From Candidatus Krumholzibacteriota bacterium (GTDB lineage Bacteria; Krumholzibacteriota; Krumholzibacteriia; JAJRXK01): a stretch of 64,000 nt of DNA. Below are positions 18,294 to 27,101 of this stretch, piece after piece. How positions within the stretch are numbered: the stretch's first letter is position 1; each line of letters opens with the position of its first letter. The position numbers were made by a program, and so were the translations under genes. The stretch covers positions 160,001-224,000 of the forward strand of contig CAVSGG010000017.1 in the NCBI GenBank assembly GCA_963727455.1. The letters run 5' to 3'. The notes under the pieces are model-generated. The model saw only the letters and a program-made list of their open reading frames with translations. It searched no databases and was not told the origin of the DNA.

Positions 18294-19907
18294 ATGCACC
18301 TGAAAAAGCTCTGCTACGCGCTGGTGATTCTGATTTGTCTGGCCACGGTTCCCTTCGGCCAGGCGCGGGCACAGTGCATTCTTGCCAATCCCAGCTTCGA
18401 GCTGTCCGGATCGGGGGGGCATACCTTTGGCGGCTGGGAGCAGTTCGGCGCGGTAGGTTCCGTGACCGTCGCATCGCACGGTGCCAAAGCTGCGCGCGTC
18501 TCGGGTCCGAACTACGGAGGTTGGGACGTGTCCGCCTATTGGCAAAGCCAGGATTGCTCGGTGGGCGAGCAGTGGAAGGTCACGGGGCACGTCCTGGTGC
18601 CCTCCAGCAAGCCTCTGGTGGGAGATTGCATTGCACTGGTGAACGTCGAGTGGCGCGATTCGGGGGGCAACCTCATCGACTATGATTCCTTCACCGTGGC
18701 CGATGCCGGCTCTCCGACCGATACCTACCTGGATTTCGATGTGACGAGCGGTCCGGCGCCTTTGGGCACGGTCTCCGCCCGTCTGTTGCTGGGGGTTCTG
18801 CAGAGCCCCAGCGATCCGAGCCCTGACGTCTACTACGACCAGGTCACCTTCTTTTCGACTTCCTATCCGACGATCGACGATGTGCAGTGGAACGACTTTC
18901 CCGGCGGGAAAACCGTGAGCTTCGGCGGGTACACCTGGCGCGTCAAAGGGCCCGGATTCTACGGTCCCGGAGCCAATCTCTTCTGCGACTCGTCGGACTG
19001 CGTTTGGGTGGATGCGAGCGACCAACTTCATATCACGCTCAAGAACCGCAGCGGTTCCTGGTACAGCACCGAGGTCGTGAATGAACAGGCATTGGGCTAC
19101 GGGGACTACATTCTGACTACGGTGGGCCGTCTGGACCTCATCGATCCGCAGGCCGTGCTAGGGATCTTTTTGTGGCAGTACGGTCCCTGCTGGGATGAGG
19201 GCTATCTGTGGTGGAATCCCTTCAACGAAATCGACATCGAATACAGCCGCTGGCAGAACCCCTCAGCCGACATCGCCCAGTTCGTCGCGCAGCCTTTCGA
19301 CTATCCCGGCAACATTACGCGCTTCGACGCTAGCTTCACGGCAAATGAGGTCACCAGTCATGCGATGCGCTGGTTGCCCGACCGCGTAGAGTACCGCGTA
19401 TGGCGCGGAGGCCCACAGGACGAATCTCCGGCGAACCTTATCGCCTCGTGGACCTACACGGGGCCGCACATTCCCCGTCCGGAGCAGCCCCGCATGCACC
19501 TGAACCTGTGGAGAATCGACGGCACGCCGGCCTCGAACCAGGAAGTGATCTTCCAGGATTTCACTTTCATTCCCGAGGGGGGCGCCACCGCGGTGGAGGA
19601 GGGGACCTCCCGTTCGATTCCCTCGCACGCGGCAGCTCGTCTCTATCCCGCGGTTCCCAATCCTTTCAACCCCCAAACGACCCTGCGCTTCGAGCTGGCA
19701 AAGGACGGGCAGGTACAGCTGCAGGTCTTCGACCGCAGCGGCCGCCATGTGCGGACTCTGGAAAATCGCTACCTCACGGCGGGTGCGCACTGGGCCGTGT
19801 GGAACGGGAAGGACGATCAGGGCAGGGCGGTGGCTTCAGGGGTGTACTTCCTGCGCTTGAGCGGTGAGGGCTTTCAGGAGAGCCAGAGGGTGGCGCTGGT
19901 GAAGTAG
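18294..19907 (+). CDS. Secreted GH16-like glucanase with N-terminal CBM-like module and FlgD-Ig/T9SS-A-like tail
   Basis: Signal peptide; LANPSFE...YYDQVTF CBM4/9-like module; catalytic EIDIE motif; MHLNLW; tail PNPFNPQT...WNGKD..G..VASGVYF. Confidence 0.8.
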   Translation: MHLKKLCYALVILICLATVPFGQARAQCILANPSFELSGSGGHTFGGWEQFGAVGSVTVASHGAKAARVSGPNYGGWDVSAYWQSQDCSVGEQWKVTGHVLVPSSKPLVGDCIALVNVEWRDSGGNLIDYDSFTVADAGSPTDTYLDFDVTSGPAPLGTVSARLLLGVLQSPSDPSPDVYYDQVTFFSTSYPTIDDVQWNDFPGGKTVSFGGYTWRVKGPGFYGPGANLFCDSSDCVWVDASDQLHITLKNRSGSWYSTEVVNEQALGYGDYILTTVGRLDLIDPQAVLGIFLWQYGPCWDEGYLWWNPFNEIDIEYSRWQNPSADIAQFVAQPFDYPGNITRFDASFTANEVTSHAMRWLPDRVEYRVWRGGPQDESPANLIASWTYTGPHIPRPEQPRMHLNLWRIDGTPASNQEVIFQDFTFIPEGGATAVEEGTSRSIPSHAAARLYPAVPNPFNPQTTLRFELAKDGQVQLQVFDRSGRHVRTLENRYLTAGAHWAVWNGKDDQGRAVASGVYFLRLSGEGFQESQRVALVK

Positions 19908-20000
19908 GGTCCTTGGCCAGGCCCTGCGGGGTGAGGGCTCTCCGGACAGTTCATGATCTCAAGGACAGAACCGACCCCACGATCTCAAGAGCAGAATAGA

Positions 20001-20040
20001 AAGGAAGAGGGGCCCGGAGATTCCGGACCCCTCTTTCTTC
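20001..20040. terminator. Probable bidirectional intrinsic terminator between convergent genes
   Basis: Stem AAGAGGGGCCCGGA / TCCGGACCCCTCTT with A-rich and T-rich flanks. Confidence 0.65.
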
Positions 20041-20068
20041 GCTGGAAACTCGATTCCAAATTTCAGGC

Positions 20069-20800
20069 TTAGCGATACAGCGCCTTGACCTTGCCCCAGC
20101 TGGAAGCCTGGGTGGGAATTGCACCGTTCATGTAGAAGCTCAGGTTATCGTAGAATATCCCCGAAGGTTCGTAGTTCGCGGCGCGGTTCGAGAAGCCGAA
20201 CTGCAGAACCTGGCCGGCCAGAGCCGGGTCGATCGCGATCGAAAGAGCGTAATCGCCCCAGGTGGTGGGAATACTGGTCATGTCGACCGTGATGTAATTC
20301 GTGGTCGCATAGCCGGCGCCCGGATCCAGGGTCTTGATGAAGGCCAGGGCAGTGGAAGCGCCGGCCAGATCTCCATGCTTGGCCTGGAAAGTGAAGTACC
20401 AGGTTTGGCCGACGTCGCCAGCACCGATTGTCTGCTCATGGAACACGTTGGATTCGATGATGTTGCCATTGGCGTGATCGCCATTGTTGTAGTCGCTGAA
20501 CACGGACAACTGCTGGACGCCCTGGGCAGCGCCACCCTGACCGTCCGCGATCGTGCAGAACGCGTAGGGGGGGCCACTGTTGGGGGCGGGATAGACACCG
20601 TAGCCGTAGAGGTAGCTGACACCGTCGGGGGCGAAGACGTTACCGAAGACCAGCCAGCCGTCGGCAGCAAGCGCGCCGGTATCGGTCAGACCGAGGCCCT
20701 CGAAATCTTGGCTGTAGCCCACCAGCTGAGCGCTCGCCAGCACCGGCACCAGGCAGATCAGCAACACGGCCGCGAAAATAGCAGTAGCTCGATTGATCAT
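20069..20800 (-). CDS. Secreted protein, paralog of 13788-14765, ending in a short SWGKVKALYR tail
   Basis: Signal peptide; shares GWLV.GNV, YLYGYG.YPAPN, VFSDY, IESNVF.EQ, STALAFIKT.DP and QFGFSN blocks with the paralog; ends IPTQASSWGKVKALYR. Confidence 0.82.
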   Translation of the reverse strand: MINRATAIFAAVLLICLVPVLASAQLVGYSQDFEGLGLTDTGALAADGWLVFGNVFAPDGVSYLYGYGVYPAPNSGPPYAFCTIADGQGGAAQGVQQLSVFSDYNNGDHANGNIIESNVFHEQTIGAGDVGQTWYFTFQAKHGDLAGASTALAFIKTLDPGAGYATTNYITVDMTSIPTTWGDYALSIAIDPALAGQVLQFGFSNRAANYEPSGIFYDNLSFYMNGAIPTQASSWGKVKALYR

Positions 20801-20915
20801 CTCGATATCCTCTCGTTAATGCGATCCTGTTTTCTTGCTACCGAAAGGCACTTGGAATCGGCGCAGTCTCCCCACAGCGGCAGTAGTGGCTGATTCCCGT
20901 ACCTCTAGTCTATAC

Positions 20916-20936
20916 TATGTTCGGTGACCGAATCAA
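20916..20936. promoter_or_regulatory. ROK operator copy 3
   Basis: TATGTTCGGTGACCGAATCAA upstream of the 20800 gene. Confidence 0.6.
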
Positions 20937-20988
20937 GTCGAAGATTGACCCGGAGCAGCAAAATCACGCAAACTGGCCCAAAATTCTG

Positions 20989-21035
20989 TTGACCGCTTCG
21001 CCGGCGAGGGGTACTTTGTTCGTATGTCGAACAAA
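20989..21035 (+). promoter_or_regulatory. MFS-GH17 promoter with ROK operator copy 4 (perfect arms)
   Basis: TTGACC (20989-20994), 17 bp, TACTTT (21012-21017); TTTGTTCGTATGTCGAACAAA at 21015-21035. Confidence 0.78.
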
Positions 21036-21092
21036 GAAGCCGCTTCCCAAGCCTAGCCTCGGCAAGCCCAAGTTCCCCAACGAGATGGCGCC

Positions 21093-22565
21093 ATGAACCC
21101 AGCCGTGCACGCCAAGACAGCTCCGGAGGACCGGGTTCCTTTCCTGCAGCGACTGGCCTACGGCTCAGGCGCCTTCGTCAACAACCTGCTGGCCGCGGCG
21201 AGCGGCGGCATGATGATCGTGCTGAATCTGGGCTTGGGGATGAATCCCGGCCTGGTCGGCCTGCTAGGGGCTCTGCCTCGTCTCACCGACGCCTTTACCG
21301 ATCCCCTCATGGGATACATTTCGGACAACACCCACACCCGCTGGGGACGGCGGCGGCCCTATATTTTCAGCGGCGCCATCGCGGCGGGGGTGATCTTCGC
21401 TCTCCTATGGCAGTTGCCGCGGGGACAGAGCGAGACCTTCTACTTCGTCTTTTTCCTCGTCGGTTCGATTCTCTTCTACGCCGGCTACACGGTCTTCGCT
21501 ACCCCCTGGGTCGCTCTGGGCTACGAACTCACGCCGGACTACAATGAGCGCACGCGCCTCATGGGAACCCAGAATTTCATCGGTCAGCTCGCGTACGTCG
21601 TCTCGCCCTGGTTTCTGTGGATCATGAACTCCGGCAGGTTCTTCCCGGATCAGGTCTCTGGAGCGGCCGGACTGGCCATCATCGTCGCCGTGGTTGCCAT
21701 CGGCTTGGGAATTCTGCCGGCGATCTTTCTGCGGGAACGCATGAAGCAGGTGGCGGCGGAGGAAATGGACCTCAAGTCGGAGCCCGGGGCCAGCGGTCTC
21801 CTGCACAACATCAAGGAATTTTTGAGAGGTTCGAAGGTCACGCTTTCCAACGGGCCCTTCCTCAAGTTGTGTATGGCTACCTTTCTCGTCTTCAACGGTT
21901 TCATGCTCATCGCCTCCTTTCAGTATTACGTGATCATCTACTACGTCTGCGGTGGTGACCAGACCGCGGGCGCCAAGTACGCCGGCCTGGCCGGTACGGT
22001 GGGCGCGGTGTGCACTTTCGCCGTCGTGGCATTCGTCACCTGGCTCGGCACGCGGATCGGAAAGCGGCACACCTTCTTCCTTGCGATCGGACTCTCCATC
22101 ATCGGTTATGGTCTGAAGTGGGTTTGCTACAACCCCCAGATGCCTCTTCTGGTGGTTCTCCCCGCACCCCTGATGGCCTTCGGCTTGGGCGGGCTGTTCA
22201 CGCTGGTTCCCTCCATGATCGCCGACGTGGTCGACACCGATGAACTCACGACCCACGAACGACGCGAAGGGATGTTTGGCTCCATTTTCTGGTGGATGGT
22301 GAAACTGGGCATGGCCGCGGCGCTGGCGGGCGGCGGCTATCTCCTGAACGCCACCGGTTTCAACGTCGATCTGGGGGGAAATCAAGCCGCGCGGTCCATC
22401 ATCCTCTTGCGGCTGTGCGACGCGGGAATTCCCATGCTGACTTCGGCCCTGGCAATCTGGGCTGTGTCACGCTTCCCCATCTCCGAGGAGAAGGCCCTTC
22501 AAGTGCGCCAGGAGTTGGAACGTCGCCGAGGACGCGCGCCGGTGGTCGAGGCTCTGAAGGGATAG
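21093..22565 (+). CDS. MFS sugar transporter, GPH/MelB-like family
   Basis: DAFTDPLMG.ISD.T.TRWGRRRPY, LTPDYNERT and SMIADVVD..EL....RREG motifs; about 12 TM segments. Confidence 0.92.
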   Translation: MNPAVHAKTAPEDRVPFLQRLAYGSGAFVNNLLAAASGGMMIVLNLGLGMNPGLVGLLGALPRLTDAFTDPLMGYISDNTHTRWGRRRPYIFSGAIAAGVIFALLWQLPRGQSETFYFVFFLVGSILFYAGYTVFATPWVALGYELTPDYNERTRLMGTQNFIGQLAYVVSPWFLWIMNSGRFFPDQVSGAAGLAIIVAVVAIGLGILPAIFLRERMKQVAAEEMDLKSEPGASGLLHNIKEFLRGSKVTLSNGPFLKLCMATFLVFNGFMLIASFQYYVIIYYVCGGDQTAGAKYAGLAGTVGAVCTFAVVAFVTWLGTRIGKRHTFFLAIGLSIIGYGLKWVCYNPQMPLLVVLPAPLMAFGLGGLFTLVPSMIADVVDTDELTTHERREGMFGSIFWWMVKLGMAAALAGGGYLLNATGFNVDLGGNQAARSIILLRLCDAGIPMLTSALAIWAVSRFPISEEKALQVRQELERRRGRAPVVEALKG

Positions 22566-22569
22566 GATC

Positions 22570-23565
22570 ATGCAGTTGCGCGGCGCAGTGCTTATCCTGC
22601 TCTTAGTCCTCTTCGCTGCTGGTCCCGTGGAGGCTACCCGCGGCGGAGCCGTGACCGGTTCACTTTCCCCAGGAGGAGAACCGTTTTCCATGCGCCCACT
22701 TCAGCTGAATCTACAGGGCATCTGGATCGGCAACGCGATCTGCTATAGCCCCTATCGCGACGGGCAGAACCCCGACGGCGCTTCCCCCAGCTCCGCGCAG
22801 CTTCGCGAGGATTTGCAGCTGATGCTGCCTCACTGGAATCTGCTGCGCACCTACGGGTCCTCGGGTTACGTCGAAGAGCTTCTCTCAATCATCCGAGAGG
22901 AAGAATTGCCCATGCGAGTCATGCTGGGGGTTTGGCTCACGCCGCGGGATTCAACGGCGAACGTGCGAGAGATCGACGAGTCGATTCGCCTGGCCAATGC
23001 GTTTCCTACGATTGTCATCGCGGTATGCGTGGGGAACGAAACGCGCGTCGCTTGGTCGGACCACCGTCTACCGGTGGAAGTTCTCGTTGATGCGATTCGT
23101 CGCGTGCGGGGAAGGGTCGAGGTCCCGGTGACCACCGCCGACGATTTCAAGTACTGGAATCAGGAGGAGAGTCGGAAAGTCGCGGGCGAGATCGATTTCC
23201 TCACCATGCACGCGCACCCTCTGTGGAATGGCATTCAACTTGAGGATGCTCTTCCGTGGCTGGAGCGCCAAGTGGACGCGGTGCAGGCGATACATCCCGA
23301 GAGCGTGATCGTGCTCGGGGAGACGGGGTGGGCCACCGACCACTCCGAAGAGGGGGAGCAGGGTGAACTGATCAAGGGCCAAACGGGGGCACGCCAACAG
23401 AAGCAGTTCTATGAAGCCACTCGTGACTGGGCCAAGCGCAAGACGATCCCGACCTTCATCTTCGAGGCCTTCGACGAGAACTGGAAGGGGGGCGATGATC
23501 CCCAGGAGGTAGAGAAGCATTGGGGTCTCTTCCGCGCGGATCGCACGCCAAAGAGCGAATTCTAG
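22570..23565 (+). CDS. Exported GH17 beta-1,3-glucanase/transglucosylase
   Basis: YSPYRDGQ.P, LRTYG, VCVGNE, LGETGW, FEAFDE.WK and EKHWGLF..DRTPK motifs; signal peptide. Confidence 0.9.
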   Translation: MQLRGAVLILLLVLFAAGPVEATRGGAVTGSLSPGGEPFSMRPLQLNLQGIWIGNAICYSPYRDGQNPDGASPSSAQLREDLQLMLPHWNLLRTYGSSGYVEELLSIIREEELPMRVMLGVWLTPRDSTANVREIDESIRLANAFPTIVIAVCVGNETRVAWSDHRLPVEVLVDAIRRVRGRVEVPVTTADDFKYWNQEESRKVAGEIDFLTMHAHPLWNGIQLEDALPWLERQVDAVQAIHPESVIVLGETGWATDHSEEGEQGELIKGQTGARQQKQFYEATRDWAKRKTIPTFIFEAFDENWKGGDDPQEVEKHWGLFRADRTPKSEF

Positions 23566-23710
23566 ATCCATCCAGGGCAGGTACGCCTCCTCGAGCGGGA
23601 AAACGCGCGCCTCGACCCTTCAGGGTGGATACTTAGTATCGATAGTAGTTTTCGCGACATTTTGGTCTCGTGTTCTTAACTAGTTCCAGAACTCCTTGTC
23701 GATGATAGAG

Positions 23711-23739
23711 TTGACAGATCGTCCGGAATCCTTTATTCC
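23711..23739 (+). promoter_or_regulatory. Putative sigma70 promoter of the MarR operon
   Basis: TTGACA (23711-23716), 17 bp, TATTCC, in an AT-rich intergenic stretch that also has the palindrome GATACTTAGTATC (23628-23640). Confidence 0.45.
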
Positions 23740-23833
23740 TTACTCTTCAAAGTACTTAAGCCGGTCGCGCCCTCCTTTGGCCCTTGGCCGGGGGCGCGAG
23801 TGAGCGGGCCCCGACCTTCGAGAGAGCCGTCAG

Positions 23834-24391
23834 ATGTTGGACCTGAATCTGGAGGATCGGATCGTCGCGGCTCTCCGTCAGATCATGCGTGCGGTGGATT
23901 TGCACTCGCGGCGGCTGGTGGAGGTCTGTGGACTGACCGGCCCCCAGCTGGCGGTTCTGCAAGAAGCCAGGCGTTTGGGGCCGGTTTCGGCTACCACCCT
24001 GGCCCGTGCCGTTCATCTCAGCCTGCCCACCCTGGTGGGAATTTTGGGTCGGCTTGAATCGCGTGGACTCGTGCGACGTTCGCGCGATGCGACGGATCGC
24101 CGCTCGAAGAGCGTCAACATCACCGATGCGGGGCGCGATACGCTCGAGAAAGCGCCCTCGCTCCTGCAAGATCGCTTCCGCGCCGAGCTGGGACGTCTCG
24201 AGGAGTGGGAACGGTATCTGATGCTCAGCAATCTTCAGCGGATCGCCACCATCATGGGGGCGGAGAGCCTGGAGGCGGCTCCCCACCTGGTAGCGGACGG
24301 GCGCAGTCTGGATGCCGCTGCACACAAAGGTGAGGCTCCAGGCAACGCGATGCCACACGACGGAGACCTCAACTCGGAAAGAAGTCAATGA
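23834..24391 (+). CDS. MarR family regulator, EctR/CosR-like
   Basis: ALRQIMRAVDLHSRRL...GLTGPQL.VL, LE.RGLV.R.R...DRR and C-terminal LQRIA.IM.AE.L.AAP resemble ectoine-regulator MarR proteins. Confidence 0.8.
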   Translation: MLDLNLEDRIVAALRQIMRAVDLHSRRLVEVCGLTGPQLAVLQEARRLGPVSATTLARAVHLSLPTLVGILGRLESRGLVRRSRDATDRRSKSVNITDAGRDTLEKAPSLLQDRFRAELGRLEEWERYLMLSNLQRIATIMGAESLEAAPHLVADGRSLDAAAHKGEAPGNAMPHDGDLNSERSQ

Positions 24392-25161
24392 TGGAAACAG
24401 CTGCAGGTCTAACGGCGGAGATGCAACCAGTCGCCCCGCCCGTTGCAATCCCCAAAACCCTGCGCGCTCCCCAGGACGGCGAGTACGTGGTTGCCAAACT
24501 CGATGGCCATTGGGAGGAAATCCGGATTCAGGATTACGCTCGCCTCTTCGAGGTTCCGGGACTCTACGAGCAGGTCGTATATGAAGCGCTCGAGTGCAGT
24601 TCGCCGCAGACGATCTCCTCACTGCTCGTGGAACGTCTGGAGGCCGACGGACGCTCCATGGAACAACTGAAGGTGCTCGATCTCGGCGCCGGGAACGGTT
24701 GCGTGGCCGAGGAACTGAGGGACCACGGTGCTCGTGAGTTTCTGGCGATCGACATCTGCCCCGAAGCGAAGGAAGCGGCCGACCGCGATCGGCCCGGCCT
24801 GTACGATTCTTATGTCATCGACGACTTGACCGCACCTCGGCCGTCCACCGTGACGACGCTGAAGCAGGCTCAGCCCAATTGCCTGTGTTGCGTGGCCGCC
24901 TTGGGCTTTCATGACATTCCCGCCGATGCTTTTGCCAACGCCCTCGATTTCGTGGAACCAGATGGATGGGTCGCATTCACGATCAAGTCCGATTTCGTCC
25001 AGAATGGCGACGCTTCGGGCTTCCGGCGACTCATTACGAAACTCATCGATACCGGCGAACTCGAGGTTGAACGGCGCCGGACCTACACGCATCGGCTCGC
25101 TACCGATGGGCGTCCGCTCGAGTATCTCGCCTACGTTGCTCGCAAGAGGGTCAACCCCTAG
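24388..25161 (+). CDS. Class I SAM-dependent methyltransferase
   Basis: VLDLGAGNG motif I, then AIDI; coupled to the MarR gene (ATGA overlap). Confidence 0.85.
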   Translation: MMETAAGLTAEMQPVAPPVAIPKTLRAPQDGEYVVAKLDGHWEEIRIQDYARLFEVPGLYEQVVYEALECSSPQTISSLLVERLEADGRSMEQLKVLDLGAGNGCVAEELRDHGAREFLAIDICPEAKEAADRDRPGLYDSYVIDDLTAPRPSTVTTLKQAQPNCLCCVAALGFHDIPADAFANALDFVEPDGWVAFTIKSDFVQNGDASGFRRLITKLIDTGELEVERRRTYTHRLATDGRPLEYLAYVARKRVNP

Positions 25162-25224
25162 CAGTGGTCTCTTGGCGCAAGCCCAAGTCGGGAGTGATTC
25201 TCCATCGATTTTCACCGTGGCATA

Positions 25225-25668
25225 TTGCCTCTGTCGATCCTGTTGTGTCTCTGCTCGGCCCTCTCTGCGTTGGCCGCACAGGCGCCGCAGTTCGAAGAGT
25301 CCGAGATGAGTTCCGCTGAGGGCTACGCGATGATCCGCTGGGATCATCCTGACGAGTCCCTCGATGCACAGTTCCAACTGGTCGTCTTGGGTCCCGATAG
25401 TTTACGAATGACCTACGAAACGCCGGAGCAGAGCACCTTCCTTTCCGGGCTCTCCAATGGAGATTATGAATTGCGAGTGCGTCACCGCTCCGACTCCTCG
25501 GACGAGTGGGAGCAGTGGTCGCAGCCCATGACTTTGGAAGTCGAGCATCATCCTTTGGGGCTTGCCTTCGCCCTCTTCGTCGCGGGCGCCATCATGTTTC
25601 TTTCGATCGTCATCTTCCTGATTCGCCACGCCAACGACGCTCTGGAAGTCGAGAACGGAGCCGTCTGA
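25225..25668 (+). CDS. Exported FN3-like domain protein with C-terminal TM anchor
   Basis: Signal peptide; IRW...LSGLSNGDYELRVR...WS.P pattern; C-terminal hydrophobic helix; TGATG coupling to the symporter. TTG start is uncertain. Confidence 0.6.
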   Translation: MPLSILLCLCSALSALAAQAPQFEESEMSSAEGYAMIRWDHPDESLDAQFQLVVLGPDSLRMTYETPEQSTFLSGLSNGDYELRVRHRSDSSDEWEQWSQPMTLEVEHHPLGLAFALFVAGAIMFLSIVIFLIRHANDALEVENGAV

Positions 25669-27101
25669 TGATCATTCTGAGCACTACCCACGGCTGGCTG
25701 CTGTTGGCCGGTTTGGCCCTCTTATGGGTCGTCTTGGGCATCTATTGGGGACGCCGGGCCAAGTCGCTGGAAGGCTTCATGCTCGCCAACCGCAACGTGG
25801 GGCTCGCTCTGGGGACTGCCACCGCCGTCGCCACCTGGATCACTTCCAACACCACCATGCTGGCGCCGCAATTCGCGCTGCAGCTGGGGCTGTGGGGAAT
25901 CCTGGCTTACTGCACCGCCTCCATCGGCCTCTTTCTCTTTGCGCCCATGGCGCGGCGCATTCGCGAACTCATGCCGCATGGCTTCACCAGCACCGAGTTC
26001 GTTCGTCTCCGCTACGGGAAGACGGCATGGATCGTCTTCCTCATCATCTCCCTCTTCTATGCCATCACCTGGATGGTCAGCATGGGGATGGCGGGAGGAA
26101 TCCTGCTGGAATCTCTGGCTGGAATTCCCTATGCACAGGGCATGAGCGTAATTCTGGGGGTGTGTGTGTTGTACACGCTCTTCGGAGGGCTTTACGCCGT
26201 CATTGGTACGGACTTCATCCAGAGCCTCATCATCCTGGTGGGTACGGTGGCAGTGGCGATCACCGTGATTCAGCGCGTTCCCCTGCACGGCGTGTACGAC
26301 AATCTCGAGGCCCATCGCCCCGAGCTTCTGCGCGTTCTGTTTCCCGCGGCCATCATGGCGGTGTTCAACAATCTGCTCTTCGGTCTCGGCGAGGTGTTTC
26401 ACAGTAATGTCTGGTGGAGCCGCGCCTTTGCCATGCGCAAGGGTGTGGGGAAGAAGGCATACATCCTGGCCGGTTTGCTCTGGCTTCCCGTACCCATCGT
26501 GGCGGGTTTCTTGGGTCTCGCCGCGCCGGCTCTCGATATCGCGATTCCGCGTCCGGACATGGTGGGGCCGGTAGTCGCCGCGACCATTTTGGGCTACGCC
26601 GGCGCGGTCCTGGTGTTCGTGGTCGTGTTCTGTTCTTTGGCTTCGAGCATCGACAGTCTGCTGGCCGCGACTTCGGATCTGGTGACGAAGGACCTGGTCC
26701 AACCCATTTTCATGCCTGAGGCCGATGAGCGAAGGCTTCGAAGTGTCTCCACTTGGGTCGTCGTCGCGGTGGGCGCAATCACCTGGCTATTGTGCCTACC
26801 CAAGATGGGCACTCTGGCCAGCGTGCTCTTCTTCGCCGGACCGATGGTGGCGAGTACGATCTGGCCCATCCTCTATGGCCTGTATCGGCGCGATGCAACC
26901 GGCAAGGGCGCGGTGGCCGCGATGTCAGGGGGCACGATCGTCGGACTGGTAGCCTACTTCACTCTGGGCTGGTATACCGCCTCGCTCATCGGCACCGCGG
27001 TCTCCTTCACTCTCTTGGTGACGATCACCAAATTCGCACCCAGTCGCTTCGACTGGCGCAAACTCGACGCACGGCCCGAAAACGCGATGGAGGTGAGCTA
27101 G
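25668..27101 (+). CDS. Sodium:solute symporter (SSS family, DUR3/PutP-like)
   Basis: FMLANRNVG, EFVRLRYGK, YTLFGGLYAVIGTDFIQ and SSIDSLLAA motifs; about 13 TM segments. Confidence 0.9.
   Translation: MIILSTTHGWLLLAGLALLWVVLGIYWGRRAKSLEGFMLANRNVGLALGTATAVATWITSNTTMLAPQFALQLGLWGILAYCTASIGLFLFAPMARRIRELMPHGFTSTEFVRLRYGKTAWIVFLIISLFYAITWMVSMGMAGGILLESLAGIPYAQGMSVILGVCVLYTLFGGLYAVIGTDFIQSLIILVGTVAVAITVIQRVPLHGVYDNLEAHRPELLRVLFPAAIMAVFNNLLFGLGEVFHSNVWWSRAFAMRKGVGKKAYILAGLLWLPVPIVAGFLGLAAPALDIAIPRPDMVGPVVAATILGYAGAVLVFVVVFCSLASSIDSLLAATSDLVTKDLVQPIFMPEADERRLRSVSTWVVVAVGAITWLLCLPKMGTLASVLFFAGPMVASTIWPILYGLYRRDATGKGAVAAMSGGTIVGLVAYFTLGWYTASLIGTAVSFTLLVTITKFAPSRFDWRKLDARPENAMEVS

Noticed and set aside
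19955-19996. Direct repeat GATCTCAAG(GA/AG)CAGAA, two copies 26 bp apart
   Set aside because: Only two short copies with no cas, integrase or transposase nearby; not supportable as CRISPR or an att site.
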